Shown: piece by piece, positions 11,101 to 19,934 of the stretch
Layout: each line of letters begins with the position of its first letter
Position numbering within the stretch: the first letter of the stretch is position 1
DNA from: an uncultured Oscillospiraceae bacterium
GTDB taxonomy: Bacteria; Bacillota; Clostridia; Oscillospirales; Oscillospiraceae
Direction of reading: 5' to 3'
Assembly (NCBI GenBank): GCA_944383195.1
Contig: CALWOP010000177.1
Span: forward strand, 122,390 to 148,971
Length of the DNA stretch: 26,582 nucleotides
The notes under the pieces: generated by a model
Databases searched by the model: none
What the model saw: only the letters and a program-made list of their open reading frames with translations
Told to the model about the DNA's origin: nothing
Program-made: the position numbers and the translations under genes

Positions 11101-12099
11101 TCCCTTATTAAAGGTGGGGCCTTTGATCAATTTTCTTCTCGTATGGAAGCTATGATTGAATATATTTGGCTGACTTGCGATAAGAAAAAAAGATTAACCC
11201 TTCAAAATATGCCTGGATTAATTCGTTATGGATTATTGCCAGAAGATACAGAAGAGCAAGTTATGGCTCGTAGGATATACGAGTTTAATAGATATTTAAA
11301 AGCAGAATGTAAATGTGGTTTTAAACCAGATTATTTCATTTTAGATGAAAGGGCAATTAACTTTCTTACCGAGATAGATAAAGAATCTATGGTTGCATAT
11401 GAAAATAATAGATTCTTCCTTAATATGAAAGATTGGGATAAACAAATCTATCAACCATGGATGGATGTATTTCGAGCATGGATTTCCGCAAATAAAGAAG
11501 AAATACTTGATAATTTAAATACTGTTATCTTTATGGAAGATTGGAATAAATATGCTTCTGGGAATATTTCTTCTTGGGAAATGGAATCTTTATGTTTCTA
11601 TTACCATGACCATGAACTTGCAAATATAAACAATAGTAAGTATGGTTTTGTAGACTTCTTTAGTTTACCAGAAGAGCCTCAAGTAGAAAAGGTGTTTAAG
11701 CGTGGAGCATCTTTAATTCCTATTTATAAACTTCATAAGATTTGCGGGACCTGTATCGCAAAAAATAAGACAAAAAGTACGGTTTATCTTCTTACTACAA
11801 CAGGAGTAGTAGCAGTAAAATTCAGACAAGAATACTTTGCATTGTTTGATAAGCAGACTTTTCAAAGAAATGCTGATGGAACTAAGAAGGTTATTGAGAA
11901 GTCTTGGTTTAATCGAGGTAATATGATAGTTGTTCAAGGTATTCGCAGAGGCGATGAATTTGTTACTAAAAAGTATACAAGTTCTGGAGGACATCAACTC
12001 TATCATATTGATGAGATTGTAAACGGAACTGATTTAATTCTTCGTAGTGAGAGAAAACAAGGAGAAGAAGAAGATGAAGATAGTAGCATTGATGGGTGA
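8191..12099 (+). CDS. dnaE: DNA polymerase III alpha subunit (DnaE-type, PHP domain), 1302 aa. No TAG.
   Basis: N-terminal PHP motif HSHTMYSNLRLLD...GITDHESL. TAGGAGAG RBS. Stop codon is TGA. Confidence 0.85.
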   Translation: MGYFNNHSHTMYSNLRLLDCINRPEELIDKAIELGLTGIGITDHESLSAHMAVNKYAKKIKESNPDFVIALGNEIYLTDTRDLGQRYYHFILLAKDEIGYRGLKELSSIAWMNGYYDRRMERVPLLKSELKDVMQRFKGHIIGTTACIGGELGSTILNLENCEKVNDITNAQRYHKQIVDFMTFCIDVFGHDDFYIECAPAAYEDQIIANKRMLKISEAFDVNMCIGTDAHYLTKEDRYVHKAYLNSKGGEREVDSFYEFTYLMTEDETRELLRLSFEEDIIDWIFKCSNEIKDKIQFYSLERHQSIPEVEVTDYPAISWWGVNNDIADEMAKYPILKSLFTSDNIQERYWINECWKALEDKGIDWINDPRYPERLEEEARVKRVIGEKLQTCMFAYPNTLKHYVDLFWNCGSTVGAGRGSACAALNHYLLGITQLDPIEWDLPFWRYINDERTELGDIDLDLAPSKIQKIFSEIRKERGELGLVQVCTFGTEGTKSAILTACRGYRSEEYPDGIDVDMAQYMSSLIPQERGFLWPIEDVINGNPEKGRKPVTVFVNTVNQYPGLLDIITRIQGLVNKRSSHASGVILFDENIFDTAAVMRTPKGALITQWDLHDQEAAGSVKYDFLLTAVQDIIIQTISLLQEDGVIEKDLTLREVYNKYLHPSVLPQNDKKMWDALANGDVLGCFQFDSSVGAQAAKKIKPQNPHEMADANGLMRLMTQEKGAETPMEKYVRFKNNISLWYKEMDQQGLTKEEQKILEPHFLRSYGVPPSQEQMMTMLQDPNICGFTLAEANAARKIVGKKQMNKIPELREKVLNSAKSSALGHYVWNYGIGPQMGYSFSIIHALAYSFIGMQTLYLATHFNPVYWNTAYLIVNSGAIDEEEGEQSDYTKIAKAIGEIRNAGIKVSLVDINHSDFGFKPDVENNQILFGLKGLANVNNDFIKDIIDNRPYVSLLDFLNRVHPNKQAMISLIKGGAFDQFSSRMEAMIEYIWLTCDKKKRLTLQNMPGLIRYGLLPEDTEEQVMARRIYEFNRYLKAECKCGFKPDYFILDERAINFLTEIDKESMVAYENNRFFLNMKDWDKQIYQPWMDVFRAWISANKEEILDNLNTVIFMEDWNKYASGNISSWEMESLCFYYHDHELANINNSKYGFVDFFSLPEEPQVEKVFKRGASLIPIYKLHKICGTCIAKNKTKSTVYLLTTTGVVAVKFRQEYFALFDKQTFQRNADGTKKVIEKSWFNRGNMIVVQGIRRGDEFVTKKYTSSGGHQLYHIDEIVNGTDLILRSERKQGEEEDEDSSIDG

Positions 12100-12619
12100 A
12101 GCTGGAAGTGGAAAGGATACTATTCTCCATAAAATTATGGAGAAGTATCCTTCATATTTCCATGAAATTGTAAGTTGTACTACTCGTCCTCCTAGAGAGG
12201 GAGAAAAAGATGGTATTAATTATCATTTCTTGTCTATTGATGAATTTACAAGAAAGATTCTCAATGGAGATATGTTAGAGGCAACAGAATTTAATGATTG
12301 GCATTATGGTACAGATAGAGAAAGTTTAACAATAGACAAGATAAATATAGGAGTTTTCAATCCTGAAGGCATAAGGTGCTTACAGGAAGATGATAATATT
12401 GAACTATATGTATTTTATGTGCGGGCCGCAGGTAAGTAGAGACTACTAAGATAGCTAAATAGAGAAGAAAATCCAGATGTAGACGAAATAGTTAGAAGAT
12501 ATAAAACAGATGCTCAAGATTTTGGCTATCTTGAAGATATAAGATATTAGACTCTTGAAAACAATACCTTGGAAGATATTGATGTTGCTATTGATACTAT
12601 ATTTGGACAGTTTTATTAA
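12074..12619 (+). CDS. gmk: Guanylate-kinase-like nucleoside monophosphate kinase carrying 3 in-frame TAG codons.
   Basis: P-loop MGEAGSGKDT. GMP-kinase signature SCTTRPPREGEKDGINYHFLS. AAGGAGAAG RBS before ATG 12074. The frame continues through the TAGs at 12437, 12452 and 12548 to TAA at 12617. Confidence 0.7.
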
Positions 12620-12687
12620 ATAAATATATCTTAAATTACAATATATAGTGATTCACAAAAAATTCTTATACAAGGAGTTGTTTATAT

Positions 12688-13941
12688 ATGCTTCAAGTAA
12701 GAAAGAGAAATGGTATCTTAGTACCATTTGATAAAGAGCGTATTATTAATGCTATTAATAAGGCTTTTATTGAAGTTGATGGAGCTTTATATGAAGATGA
12801 TACTGCAAATGATATTGCAGATGAAATTAAATATGCAGTAAAAACTTCTGATGAAGTGGTTTCTGTTGAAAAAATTCAAGATATGGTAGAAGACTATCTT
12901 ATGAAATCTGAGCGCAGAGATGTTGCTAAAGAATATATAAGATATAGATATAAAAGAGAAATTGCGCGAAAAGGTTAGGATGATTTTATTAAGGCCTTTT
13001 CCGCAAAAATTCAAGGATCTGATATTGAAAACCAAAATGCTAATGTAGATGAAATGTCTTTTGGCGGTAGAGTTGGAGCTGCATCAGATCTACAAATGAA
13101 GAAGTATGCTCTTGATTATCTTGTTTCTAGTAAGTCAAGAGCTAATCATGAGAATAATGAAATCTATATTCATGATTTAAATGCTTATGCAGTAGGTATG
13201 CACAATTGTCTATCTATTCCTTTTGATGATTTGCTGGCAAAAGGATTTAATACTAGACAAACTGATGTGCGTCCTGCTGGTTCTATAAATACTGCTTTTT
13301 AGCTTGTTGCAGTTATTTTCCAGCTACAAAGCCTGCAACAATTTGGCGGGGTATCTGCTACTCACCTTGATTGGACTATGGTTCCATATGTAAGAAAGAG
13401 TTTCTATAAGCATTGGAATGATGGTATTCGTTATATTGGTCAAGAGATTATTCCAGATGAAATAACAGATATATTTAAGGGAAATAGAGAATTGCCTATT
13501 GATCAATACCCAAGAGATAATGAATACAGAAAGATATATAGATATGCTATAGAAATGACAGAAAAAGAAACTCATCAAGCTGTTGAAGGAATGTATCATA
13601 ATTTAAATACCCTTCAATCTCGTTCTGGAAATCAATTACCATTTACTTCTATTAACTACGGTACTTGCGCTCTTCCAGAAGGACGTATGGTTATTAAATC
13701 GTTGCTTGAAGTTTCCATAGAAGGATTAGGTAAATTACATAAAACTTCTATCTTCCCATGTGGCATCTTCCAATGTATGAAAGGCGTAAATAGAGCGCCG
13801 GGTGATCCAAACTATGATTTGTTTAGACTTGCTTTAAAGTCTACTGCTTTAAGATTATATCCTAACTATGCTAATGTTGATTGGACTGGTAATGCGGGAT
13901 ATGATAAAAATGACCCTAAGACTTATTTCAGTACCATGGGT
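12688..13941 (+). CDS. nrdD: Anaerobic ribonucleoside-triphosphate reductase NrdD, exon 1 (ATP-cone plus catalytic N-terminal part). Two in-frame TAG codons.
   Basis: ATP-cone N-terminus MLQVRKRNGILVPFDKERIINAI. The frame is continuous through the TAGs at 12976 and 13300. The exon ends ...YFSTMG at a U, followed by a group I intron (see the intron feature). Confidence 0.8.
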
Positions 13942-15078
13942 AAGCGTAAACTACAGCCCATGTAAAACCTTTTGAACCTCGCCCGAGGGTGTTTGCGGAA
14001 GTCCGATTAAAGATCGGTTTAGCAAAATCCGCAAGCTAACGGTTAGGTCCTATATGGATGAGACCGTGCTAAATTTCTAATAGAGTAAAAAATTTTGGTT
14101 AAAACTTTATAATGAACTTTGAATGGTTTTTATCTATAATAGAAGGTGCAGCACCTTTAATTGTTATTCAAAAGGAGAATATTCAATGTTCATCTATAAA
14201 ATTAGTAACACAGTAAATGATAAAGTGTATATTGGTTAGACGATTCGTCCAATAGAAGATCGTTTTAATAGACATATAAACGATGCTATGAACAATATTC
14301 TTGATACGCATTTTGCTAGAGCAATTAGACTTTATGGTCCAGATAAATTCTATATAGAATTATTGGATACTGCTAATAGTCAAGAAGAGCTTACTCAAAA
14401 AGAACGAGATTATATTCAATTATATAACTCTATTAAAAATGGATATAATGAAACTGATGCAATAAGCAAATGCGGAGGCAATACCTATAAGAATAAAACA
14501 AAAGAAGAAATGGACGTTATAAAAGAGAAAATTAGGTAGACCAAGCTTGGTGGGAAAAATCCCCATGCTGCTAAAGTAAAATGCAAGAATATTGAAACTG
14601 ATAAAGAATTATTTTTTGATAGTATGGCTGAATGTGCAGCATATTTTGGTAAAGATAATCATCAATTTATTTCTAGGAGATGCAGAGGAGAAGTAAAGAG
14701 TCTCTATGAAGGTAAATGGAAATTTGCATATCAAGATCAAGATTATAATATTTTTACCTCTAGACCAAACGCTAAAAGAACTAAACGTGTCGAAGTTTTA
14801 AATTTAGAAACTCAAGAAAAAGTAGTTTTTAATACAATGAAAGATGTTGATAGATATTGCGGCTTTGGCTTAGATTATACTAGTAAAAAATTTAAATCAA
14901 CTGGAGCTAAAGAGATTTACAGAAATCAATATAAACTTACTCTATTAGATTAAATGTGTATCGACTATCCCTGATGAGTGTAAGGGAGTAGGACTGGAGA
15001 TAGGCACCAGTTCGAAGCGGAAGGCTATCGAAAGATAGAATATATAGTCAGTGCTGATGGCAACATCAGATAATAATG
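13942..15078 (+). mobile_element. Group I self-splicing intron interrupting nrdD. It carries a GIY-YIG homing endonuclease ORF.
   Basis: The 5' exon ends CATGGGU at 13941. The intron's internal guide sequence GCCCAUG (13956-13962) pairs with it to form P1, with the U.G wobble at the splice site. The adjacent CUACA (13951-13955) pairs with the 3' exon start UGUAG (15079-15083) to form P10. The intron ends in G at 15078. The spliced junction reads ...STMG|CRTANG..., restoring a continuous NrdD frame. Structured GC-richer RNA flanks the HEG ORF on both sides. Confidence 0.75.
14186..14953 (+). CDS. Intron-encoded GIY-YIG homing endonuclease (I-TevI/II-like) carrying 2 in-frame TAG codons.
   Basis: AAAGGAGAA RBS. 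The GIY-YIG core reads FIYKISNTVNDKVYIG(TAG)T...RFNRH, which restores the canonical YIGQT if TAG is Gln. The C-terminal NUMOD-like region reads GGKNPHAAKVKCKNIETDKELFFDSMAECAAYFG. Stop codon is TAA. Confidence 0.75.
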
Positions 15079-16086
15079 TGTAGAACCGCAAATGGATTCG
15101 ACATTAATGGCTTAGGACAACAAAAAGATGGAAGAGGAAATATCTGTCCTGTAACTATTATCATGCCAACAATAGCTATGGAAGCTGTTACTCTAAGCGA
15201 CAATGACGATTGGAATCAAATTAAAGATTTGTCTCAAGATGAAAGAATAAAGATTGGCGTAGAAAGATTTATGGAACTTTTGGATACAAAAATCTATGAA
15301 GCTAAAGATATGCTGCTTGAAAGATTTGAATATATTTGCGCGCAGCCAGCTGAATCTGCTAAATTCATGTATGAGAATGGATTAATGGCTGGATATGATG
15401 GGATTTCTACTAGAAGCGCATTACAGCATGGTACTTTAAGCCTTGGACAAATTGGGCTCGCGGAAACACTTCAGATCTTGATTGGTTGTGATCATACTAC
15501 TAAAGAAGGTATGGAATTAGCAAAGAGAATTGAGAGTTTATTCAAGCAAAGATGCGCTGAATTTAAAAATCAGTATAAGCTTAACTTCGGGGTATATTAT
15601 ACTCCGGCCGAAAATCTTTGCTACACTTCTCTTGAAAAATTCAAGAAAAAGTATGGAGTAATTCCTAACGTAAGTGATAGAGAGTACTTTACTAATTCTA
15701 TCCACGTTCCCGTATGGAAACAAATCTCTCCATTTGATAAGATTGATATTGAATCTCAATTAACAGGATATTCTTCTGCTGGTTGTATTACTTATGTAGA
15801 GCTTGATAGTGGTGTGAAGAATAATATTGATGCTCTTGAAATATTAGTAAATTATGCCATGGATAAGGACATCCCGTATTTCGCTATTAATGTCCCTAAT
15901 GATACCTGTCTTGAATGTGGATATATGAATGAATTTAATGACCATTGCCCAGAATGTGGTAGTGATCATATTCAACAACTTCGTAGAGTAACAGGCTATC
16001 TTACTGGCAATTATAAGACAGCTTTTAATAAGGGCAAGATTGCTGAAACAGACGATAGAGTTAAACATGTGGGGTATATGGAATGA
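15079..16086 (+). CDS. nrdD: NrdD exon 2 (C-terminal part with zinc-ribbon and glycyl-radical motif).
   Basis: CxxC...CxxC zinc motif: CLECGYMNEFNDHCPECG. Glycyl radical motif RVTGYL. Stop codon is TGA at 16084-16086. Confidence 0.8.
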   Translation, partial: CRTANGFDINGLGQQKDGRGNICPVTIIMPTIAMEAVTLSDNDDWNQIKDLSQDERIKIGVERFMELLDTKIYEAKDMLLERFEYICAQPAESAKFMYENGLMAGYDGISTRSALQHGTLSLGQIGLAETLQILIGCDHTTKEGMELAKRIESLFKQRCAEFKNQYKLNFGVYYTPAENLCYTSLEKFKKKYGVIPNVSDREYFTNSIHVPVWKQISPFDKIDIESQLTGYSSAGCITYVELDSGVKNNIDALEILVNYAMDKDIPYFAINVPNDTCLECGYMNEFNDHCPECGSDHIQQLRRVTGYLTGNYKTAFNKGKIAETDDRVKHVGYME

Positions 16087-16742
16087 ATAAACAGCAAAAA
16101 GTTAGAGATAGTATTCTAAAAATGAATTAGGATACTTATAAAGCTAAAGATAAATATTTTGAAAAAATAACTAAAGTAATTATTTAGTGTGTAAATAATT
16201 ATTCTGCCTTAACATGGGATAAAGGATTATAGGAAGTTTTTGAACTTTTTATAGATTCTTTAACTGAAACTTATACCATTACAATGCGTGAATTAAGAAA
16301 TATATATTCTAAATTGGAAGATTTTAATATCGACGATATTTCTTAGCTTACTTATTAGGAAGATGGAAAAACATTATATGATAGAATAAAAAAGTATTGG
16401 GATCAGGCTGAATCTGATATAAAAGGTGAATTAGACTATGATTTAGTAAAAGCTTATTTGATTGATAGATATGATATGCTTTTAGAAAATGAAACTAAAA
16501 TTATATAGAGTCAAGTAGAAAAAAATAAGATAGCCCCAGTGGCTACTTTGTTAGTAATTGAATCAGAAGGCCATGATTGTAGATGGGGATGTTCAAATTA
16601 TGAGGGAGAATATTCTCCAGAAGATCCAGTTCCTCTCCCTCCTTATCATCCTAACTGTCAATGTATTTTTTATTATGTTGAGACAGATAATGATGATGAT
16701 ATTGTAGATTTAGATTTAGAAATTGAAGATATTAAGTGGTGA
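16083..16742 (+). CDS. Hypothetical Cys/His-motif protein (about 220 aa) carrying 6 in-frame TAG codons. The C-terminus resembles the MuF-type PPxHPNC(R)C motif.
   Basis: Its ATG overlaps the nrdD stop (ATGA). Frame 3 is continuous through 6 TAGs to TGA at 16740. The C-terminus reads GHDCRWGCSNYEGEYSPEDPVPLPPYHPNCQC. Confidence 0.5.
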
Positions 16743-16747
16743 TTTAA

Positions 16748-17221
16748 TTGAAATATGCAGGTATTATTTATAATGATTTTGCGGCAGCACCAGGTGTGTC
16801 CTTGAGTTTCTTTACTCAAGGATGCCCTAACCGCTGTCCGGGATGCCATAATCAAGAAACGTGGGATTTCGATGGAGGAAAAGAATTTACACATGAGGCT
16901 TTTACCTCTCTAATAGAAGGATTAACTGCAAATGGGATTAAACGAACTTTATGTGTAATGGGCGGAGAACCTCTTTGTCCAGAAAATTCTTTTCTCACGA
17001 ACTTAGTGATTCAAACCGCAAAAGAAAAAGTTCCAGATTTAAAAGTTTATCTATGGACTGGTTACTTATATGAAGATTTAAAAAAATCAACAGATACAAC
17101 TATTTAGAATATACTCCAATTAATTGATGTTCTAATTGATGGGCCTTATATTGAAGCTGAAAGAGATATTACAGAACCTCTAAGGGGTAGCCGCAATTAG
17201 AAGATTATATATCTAAAATGA
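16748..17221 (+). CDS. nrdG: Anaerobic RNR activating enzyme NrdG (radical SAM) carrying 2 in-frame TAG codons. TTG start.
   Basis: The N-terminus (MKYAGIIYNDFAAAPGVSLSFFTQGCPNRCPGCHNQETW) matches the NrdG N-terminus with its CxxxCxxC cluster. After the TAG at 17105 the C-terminal motif reads DGPYIEAERDITEPLRGSRN(TAG), the conserved GSxNQ. Stop codon is TGA at 17219. Confidence 0.8.
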
Positions 17222-17760
17222 TATTTTTTAAAAGTATCTTTGGAGGGATAATGATAGCAATAGCCAGCTATATTTATTTATCTGTTGGAGGTATAGTTGG
17301 TGCTATCATGTTCTCTATTGGCTTATTAACTATATTAAATATGGGATTTAAATTATTTACTGGCTCGGTTGGATATATCAAGAGCAAAGATGATATTAGA
17401 GATAATATTATTATTCTTATAGGTAATATTATTGGGGCTTGCGGGATTCTAGCTTTTCCGCACGCTGCAGCATTATCCTTGGTAGCCAGTAAGCTAACAA
17501 TTCCGCTATATTTAGTTTTCTTAAAAGGAGTAGTTTGTGGAATATTTATCTATTCTGCGGTTGCCTGTTTTAAGAAAAATAAAGATTATATGGTGCCAGT
17601 ATGCGTAACAGGCTTTATACTATTCGGAGGAGAACACTGTATTGCCGATCTTTGCTACGCCCTGGCCGCAAGCACCTTTTCTATTGATATATTATTATTT
17701 CTTATAGTAGTTACGATCGGTAATTCTATAGGAGCAATTATTGTTGACAGAATACAATAA
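17218..17760 (+). CDS. Integral membrane protein with about 5 TM helices. No TAG.
   Basis: Hydrophobic segments span the protein. A KLFTGS motif is faintly reminiscent of the FNT signature. The start overlaps the nrdG stop (ATGA). Confidence 0.55.
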   Translation: MIFFKSIFGGIMIAIASYIYLSVGGIVGAIMFSIGLLTILNMGFKLFTGSVGYIKSKDDIRDNIIILIGNIIGACGILAFPHAAALSLVASKLTIPLYLVFLKGVVCGIFIYSAVACFKKNKDYMVPVCVTGFILFGGEHCIADLCYALAASTFSIDILLFLIVVTIGNSIGAIIVDRIQ

Positions 17761-17796
17761 TTATGATATTATATTAAAAGAAATGGAGGACTAGAT

Positions 17797-18141
17797 ATGA
17801 CTTTATATGAACTAAATCAAGCGGGATATGCCTCCCTCCCTAAAATGACCAAAGCTGAATTAGAGAAGGCTAAGGAGAATATAGTTACTTTCTTAGATGT
17901 TCATAATTCGAGTTATTATATGATGTTAAATCATGATAATAAATATTATACTTTATTTACTTATATAGATAAGAAAGATAAAGATAGGATGGCTCTTGAG
18001 ATTATTTCAGTTGCCAAGTCTTTAGGTGAATTAAAATCTATTGAAGTAAATGGAGATATACTTGAAATTTGGATCTTATATAATAATAAATGTGATATGT
18101 ATGCTCTATTTAATTACGAGAAAGGAGTGATACAAGTATGA
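17797..18141 (+). CDS. Hypothetical protein (114 aa).
   Basis: AATGGAGGA RBS. Clean ORF. Confidence 0.5.
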   Translation: MTLYELNQAGYASLPKMTKAELEKAKENIVTFLDVHNSSYYMMLNHDNKYYTLFTYIDKKDKDRMALEIISVAKSLGELKSIEVNGDILEIWILYNNKCDMYALFNYEKGVIQV

Positions 18142-18404
18142 CAGAAGCAATTATTGTAAATTATGACCCATTTGCTATGGAATCTGCAGTCTATATTGCT
18201 AGAGACGGACAGCAAAATCAGATGAAAGTTTGTTCCAATTTAGAGGGGCTTGCGGGAACCTTGATTGGTATCGCTTATGGTCATGATATTTATGACATTA
18301 AAATTCACGCTCCATTTGCCACTACTGGAGAAATTCAAAGACTTGTAACTAATTTAGAACAGAATATGTATTCTGAAAATAAGATTATGGTTGAGGGAAT
18401 TTAA
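18138..18404 (+). CDS. Hypothetical protein (88 aa).
   Basis: AAAGGAGTGA RBS. ATGA overlap with the upstream gene. Stop codon is TAA. Confidence 0.5.
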   Translation: MTEAIIVNYDPFAMESAVYIARDGQQNQMKVCSNLEGLAGTLIGIAYGHDIYDIKIHAPFATTGEIQRLVTNLEQNMYSENKIMVEGI

Positions 18405-18406
18405 TT

Positions 18407-19147
18407 ATGTTAAAGCCAATAGATGAAACCGGTCATGTGTATGGAAAGCTAGTAGTAATAAAACGTGGCCCTAATGACAAAAATAATAGAGCTTAGTGGT
18501 TTTGCAAATGTAGCTGTGGCAATGAAATCTTAACTTTAGGCACTTATTTACGAAATAAATCTGTAACAAGTTGCGGCTGTGGTAAATTTAGTCCAAAAGT
18601 AAAGGATGAAACTGGGAAAATCTATGGAGATTGGAAAGTAATAAGACGAGATAAAAATCGCATTGGAGAAGCTTACTGGTTATGCGAATGTTTAAAATGC
18701 GGTACAATTTCTAGTGTATTAGGAACTAATTTAAGAACTGGAAAAAGTCAATCTTGCGGATGCTTAAAATCTAAAGGAGAATAGTTAATATCTTCAATTC
18801 TTACAGAGTTGAAATATAATTTCAAAAAAGAAGTTCATTTCCTAGATTTAAAGAGCCCCTTAAGCAATAACCCCTTGCGGTTTGATTTTGGAGTCTTTAA
18901 TGACGAGGATAATCTTTTATTTTTAATTGAATATCAAGGTATATAGCATGAAAAAGATATTCCTTATTTTGGCAATTCTCTACATGATAATTTATTAAGA
19001 GACGCTGCAAAACGAAAATATTGTAAGCAAAAAGGTATTCCATTAATCTGTTTTACCCATATTAATGGAAAAATTCCTAATTATGAAGATACAAAAGCAT
19101 CTATTAAAGAAAGCTACGAGGAGATTATAAATGAAATATCTAATTGA
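18407..19147 (+). CDS. Putative free-standing homing-type endonuclease carrying 2 in-frame TAG codons. It has two N-terminal zinc-ribbon repeats and a C-terminal Vsr-like / PD-(D/E)xK (DUF559-like) domain.
   Basis: Zinc-ribbon repeats: WFCKCSCGNEILTLGTYLRNKSVTSCGC and YWLCECLKCGTISSVLGTNLRTGKSQSCGC. The C-terminus (FDFGVFNDEDNLLFLIEYQGIQH...RDAAKRKYCKQKGIPLICF) resembles Vsr/DUF559 nucleases, and its E-x-x-G-x-(TAG)-H core is restored as QH. Stop codon is TGA. Confidence 0.55.
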
Positions 19148-19367
19148 TACTACCGAAATATATAGAGTAGATTCAGAAGCTGAGGCAGACCAACTACTTG
19201 AGACAGCTAAAGTTTCTGGGGTATTAAATAAATATAGCTGCGTATACAAGGAACGAAAGCAAAAAGGCGAAATTATAGATTCTTGGTATCGAGTTACTCT
19301 CAACAAAAAATTTACCGACGAAAAAGACCCAACTACCCAAATTACTATATCTTATACGGAGGAATAA
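19131..19367 (+). CDS. Hypothetical protein (78 aa).
   Basis: Clean ORF that overlaps the previous gene by 17 nt. Stop codon is TAA. Confidence 0.45.
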   Translation: MKYLIDTTEIYRVDSEAEADQLLETAKVSGVLNKYSCVYKERKQKGEIIDSWYRVTLNKKFTDEKDPTTQITISYTEE

Positions 19368-19370
19368 CAT

Positions 19371-19934
19371 ATGATAAAGTTTGAAAAAGTCTCTCGTTTT
19401 AATGACATTGATCTACCCCTGCCAACACGAGCAACCGCCAATTCCGCGGGCTATGATTTCGTTGTTGCAGAAGATATTGTTCTTCCTCCCATGAGTTTTC
19501 TTACTTCCAAAGTTCAAGATCATGTATTTGAAGAAAATAAAGATTTAGACTTTTATGGCTTTACCAATCCATTTACTCTTGATGAAATGGCCAAGCTTAC
19601 GAAAAGTTTAAAGTCAAAGGTAACTCTTGTATCAACAGGAATGAAGTGCCATCTTAATCCTGGTCAATATCTTGAATTAAGCGTGCGGAGTTCCACTCCT
19701 CTAAAACACTGGATTATTTGTGGTAATAGTGTAGGTATTATTGACGCAGACTATTGTGATAATCCCGATAACGAGGGAGAGATTTTCTTCCAATTAATTA
19801 ACTTGTCTCCTTTTGCCATTAAACTTAATAGAGGAGATAAGATTGGTCAAGGTATTATTAAAACTTATGGAATTACCGACGACGACTCTGCTACAGGAGA
19901 GCGTTTAGGTGGATTTGGAAGTACAAGTAAGTGA
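19371..19934 (+). CDS. dut: dUTP diphosphatase (trimeric dUTPase). No TAG.
   Basis: All five dUTPase motifs are present: AGYDF, VRSS, GIIDADY, GDKIGQ and ERLGGFGSTSK. Stop codon is TGA. Confidence 0.85.
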   Translation: MIKFEKVSRFNDIDLPLPTRATANSAGYDFVVAEDIVLPPMSFLTSKVQDHVFEENKDLDFYGFTNPFTLDEMAKLTKSLKSKVTLVSTGMKCHLNPGQYLELSVRSSTPLKHWIICGNSVGIIDADYCDNPDNEGEIFFQLINLSPFAIKLNRGDKIGQGIIKTYGITDDDSATGERLGGFGSTSK

